From NCBI GenBank assembly GCA_037380845.1, contig JARRRI010000004.1, positions 1-52,243 on the forward strand: a DNA stretch of 52,243 nucleotides. Direction: 5' to 3'. The notes beneath the pieces were generated by a model. It was given only the letters and a program-made list of their open reading frames with translations, did no database searches and was not told the DNA's origin. Of the stretch, positions 49,981-52,243 are shown piece after piece (within the stretch, counting starts at the first letter, position 1; the number at the start of each line of letters is the position of its first letter). The DNA comes from Candidatus Sulfobium sp. Its GTDB lineage: Bacteria > Nitrospirota > Thermodesulfovibrionia > Thermodesulfovibrionales > UBA6898. The position numbers and the translations under genes are program-made.

Positions 49981-51945
49981 ATGGCATTACCTAACAAGCC
50001 AATAGGCGAATTACCGGCAACGTTAGATCCGGCAGTAGCTGAGATGGAAGCGGATATCCTGATTGTCGGCGGCGGCATGGCGGCATGCGGCACGGCATAC
50101 GAAATAAAGAAATGGGCCCCGGAAGGCACCAAGATCCTTCTTTGTGACAAAGCAGCCCTTGAAAGAAGTGGCGCGGTTGCACAGGGCCTTTCGGCCATCA
50201 ACACCTACCTCGGCGAGAACACCCCGGACGACTATGTCCGCATGATCAGGAACGACCTCATGGGCATCGTCAGGGAAGACCTCATCTTCGACGTAGGCCG
50301 TCACGTTGACAGGTCGGTGTATCTCTTTGAAGAGTGGGGACTTCCCATCTGGAAGACCCTCGAAGACGGCAAGACAGTTGACGGCGCTCAGGGCGCCCCG
50401 ATCCTCAAGGTCGGAACGAAGCCTGTCCGCTCGGGCCGCTGGCAGATCATGATCAACGGCGAGTCATACAAGAGGATCGTTGCCGAAGCAGCAAAGGCAG
50501 CCCTCGGCTCGGACAATATCATCGAAAGGTGCTTTATCGTGAAGCTCCTTCTCGACGCCAATGAGCCTAACAGGATCGCTGGCGCGGTGGGCTTCAGCGT
50601 CAGGGAAAACAAGGTTTATGTGATAAAGACCAACACGATGATGGTCGCATGCGGCGGCGCTGTCAATATCTATAGGCCGAGGGCTACCGGTGAAGGCATG
50701 GGCAGGTGCTGGTATCCTGTCTGGAACGCAGGCTCGACCTATACCATGTGCGGCGAAGTCGGCGCAGAGCTGACGATGATGGAAAACAGGTTCGTGCCCG
50801 CAAGGTTCAAAGACGGCTACGGTCCTGTCGGCGCATGGTTCCTCCTCTTCAAGGCGAAGGCTACCAACACCCTCGGGGAAAACTACATGGCAACAAATGC
50901 CGAGATGCTCAAGCAGTATCCTCCTTACGGTCTCGCCAAAGTCCCCGCATCCTGCCTCAGAAACCACCTCATGCTGAAAGAGATGAGGGAAGGAAGAGGC
51001 CCGATCTACATGGATACGCCGACCGCTCTTGCGAACCTCTCTGCCAACATGACGCCGAAGGAAGTCAAGCACCTCCTCGCCGAGGCATGGGAAGACTTTC
51101 TTGACATGTCCGTCGGCCAAGCCGGTCTCTGGGCTGGCACGAATACCGAGCCTGAGAAGGTCGGTTCGGAGATCATGCCCACAGAGCCCTATCTCCTCGG
51201 CTCGCACTCCGGCTGCTGCGGCATCTGGGTCGCAGGTCCGAATGAGGACTGGGTTCCGGATTCCTACAAGATCCCTTACAAGGGCAAAAACTACAAGGGT
51301 ATGACCACCGTCAACGGTCTCTTCACCGCTGGCGACGGCACCGGCGCTTCCGGCCACAAATTCTCCTCCGGCTCGCACTCCGAAGGCAGGATGGTCGCAA
51401 AGTCGATGGTGAGGTTCCTCACGGACAACAAGGACTTCAAACCGGCCCTTAAAGAGTCTTCGAAAGACCTCGTTGACCTGGTCTACAGGCCGGTCAGGAA
51501 CTTCATGGAGCATTATGAGAAGACGACCGCTGTTGATGTCAACCCCAACTACATCAAGCCGGCCGGCTTCCAGAGAAGACTCATGAAGATCACGGACGAA
51601 TACGGTGCAGGCATTGCAACATCATACGTCACAAGCAAGGCGATGCTGGAAAGGGCCTTTCATCTCCTCGGCATGCTCAGGGAAGATGCCGAGAAGATGG
51701 CTGCGGGCGACCTCCACGAACTCCTCAGGGCCTGGGAGAACTACCACAGGCTCGGCACAGTTGAGGCCCACCTCAGGCACATCCTCTTCAGGGAAGAGTC
51801 GAGGTATCCGGGCTTCTACTACAGGTCAGACTTCGACCTCGTCGACGAGCAGAACTGGAAGTGCTTCGTGAATTCGAAGTTCGATCCTGAAAAGAAGGAA
51901 TGGTCGACATTCAAGAAAGACTACATCCAGATCATACCGGATTAG
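49981..51945 (+). CDS. aprA: Adenylylsulfate reductase alpha subunit
   Basis: GGGMAACG, RSGAVAQGLSAINTY, WQIMINGESYK, GHKFSSGSH, REESRYPG. Confidence 0.98.
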   Translation: MALPNKPIGELPATLDPAVAEMEADILIVGGGMAACGTAYEIKKWAPEGTKILLCDKAALERSGAVAQGLSAINTYLGENTPDDYVRMIRNDLMGIVREDLIFDVGRHVDRSVYLFEEWGLPIWKTLEDGKTVDGAQGAPILKVGTKPVRSGRWQIMINGESYKRIVAEAAKAALGSDNIIERCFIVKLLLDANEPNRIAGAVGFSVRENKVYVIKTNTMMVACGGAVNIYRPRATGEGMGRCWYPVWNAGSTYTMCGEVGAELTMMENRFVPARFKDGYGPVGAWFLLFKAKATNTLGENYMATNAEMLKQYPPYGLAKVPASCLRNHLMLKEMREGRGPIYMDTPTALANLSANMTPKEVKHLLAEAWEDFLDMSVGQAGLWAGTNTEPEKVGSEIMPTEPYLLGSHSGCCGIWVAGPNEDWVPDSYKIPYKGKNYKGMTTVNGLFTAGDGTGASGHKFSSGSHSEGRMVAKSMVRFLTDNKDFKPALKESSKDLVDLVYRPVRNFMEHYEKTTAVDVNPNYIKPAGFQRRLMKITDEYGAGIATSYVTSKAMLERAFHLLGMLREDAEKMAAGDLHELLRAWENYHRLGTVEAHLRHILFREESRYPGFYYRSDFDLVDEQNWKCFVNSKFDPEKKEWSTFKKDYIQIIPD

Positions 51946-51966
51946 TCTGAATAAGCTGTTTCTGTG

Positions 51967-51998
51967 TTGTGCCCAGGGCCCTCGCGCCCTGGGCACAA
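51967..51998. other. Strong stem-loop downstream of aprA (mRNA stability or weak terminator)
   Basis: TTGTGCCCAGGGC-CCTCGC-GCCCTGGGCACAA; no U-tract after it. Confidence 0.5.
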
Positions 51999-52187
51999 TG
52001 CGGATAAGGGCTGCTGATTCGGGAAAGGACTTCATCGGACAGATTGAGTCTTTTCCCCAGGCGGCAGGGAAATAAAAAGGATAACGGCTGGACAACCTCT
52101 TTTGTAATCATAATGTTATAATGGGTTGCCCGGCTCGATAGATTAGAAGCAGTTGCTTTGTTAACCCGTGTAAATATGGAGGAAAAT

Positions 52188-52243
52188 ATGGCGGATGAAA
52201 AAACCGGCGCTCCCGTATCCGGAACCATCCTGGTTGTGGGGGG
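52188..52243 (+). CDS. qmoA: Probable QmoA (HdrA-like FAD protein), N-terminus only
   Basis: GGAGG then MADEKTGAPVSGTILVVGG, the start of an FAD-binding motif; the canonical position after aprA. Confidence 0.65.
   Translation, partial: MADEKTGAPVSGTILVVG

Overview
A gene-dense chromosomal window from an anaerobic, sulfur-metabolising bacterium. Gene content and order suggest Nitrospirota (Thermodesulfovibrionia-like) or Desulfobacterota; this is an inference. In order: (1) 1-10.4 kb, minus strand: a sigma54-type operon for a HydABC/Hnd-like flavin/Fe-S complex with no H-cluster. Its NuoE subunit and a GcvH-like protein are each fused to a response-regulator receiver domain, followed by DRTGG, RsbW-like, PHP and HATPase accessory genes. 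(2) A fluoride riboswitch-crcB-DUF190 unit and a HAD gene. (3) An AT-richer PilZ plus GGDEF-EAL patch. (4) A haem-c-motif sensor kinase, a single-domain receiver and a sigma54 activator. (5) A complete nuoA-N complex I operon whose nuoB has an in-frame TGA at a cluster-N2 cysteine, followed by a SECIS-like hairpin (candidate selenoprotein). (6) Amidohydrolase, typA, an ntrBC-like pair, rpsU-dnaG (frameshifted)-rpoD, tRNA-Ile2(CAT), a Zn-ribbon protein, RNase P RNA with palindromic insertions, LysR and rdgB. (7) sat-aprB-aprA and the start of qmoA. Intergenic spaces hold a REP-like palindrome family and MITE-like elements. The strongest leads are the Sec-NuoB and the receiver-fused, probably electron-bifurcating second NuoEFG-like module with its likely haem sensor kinase.
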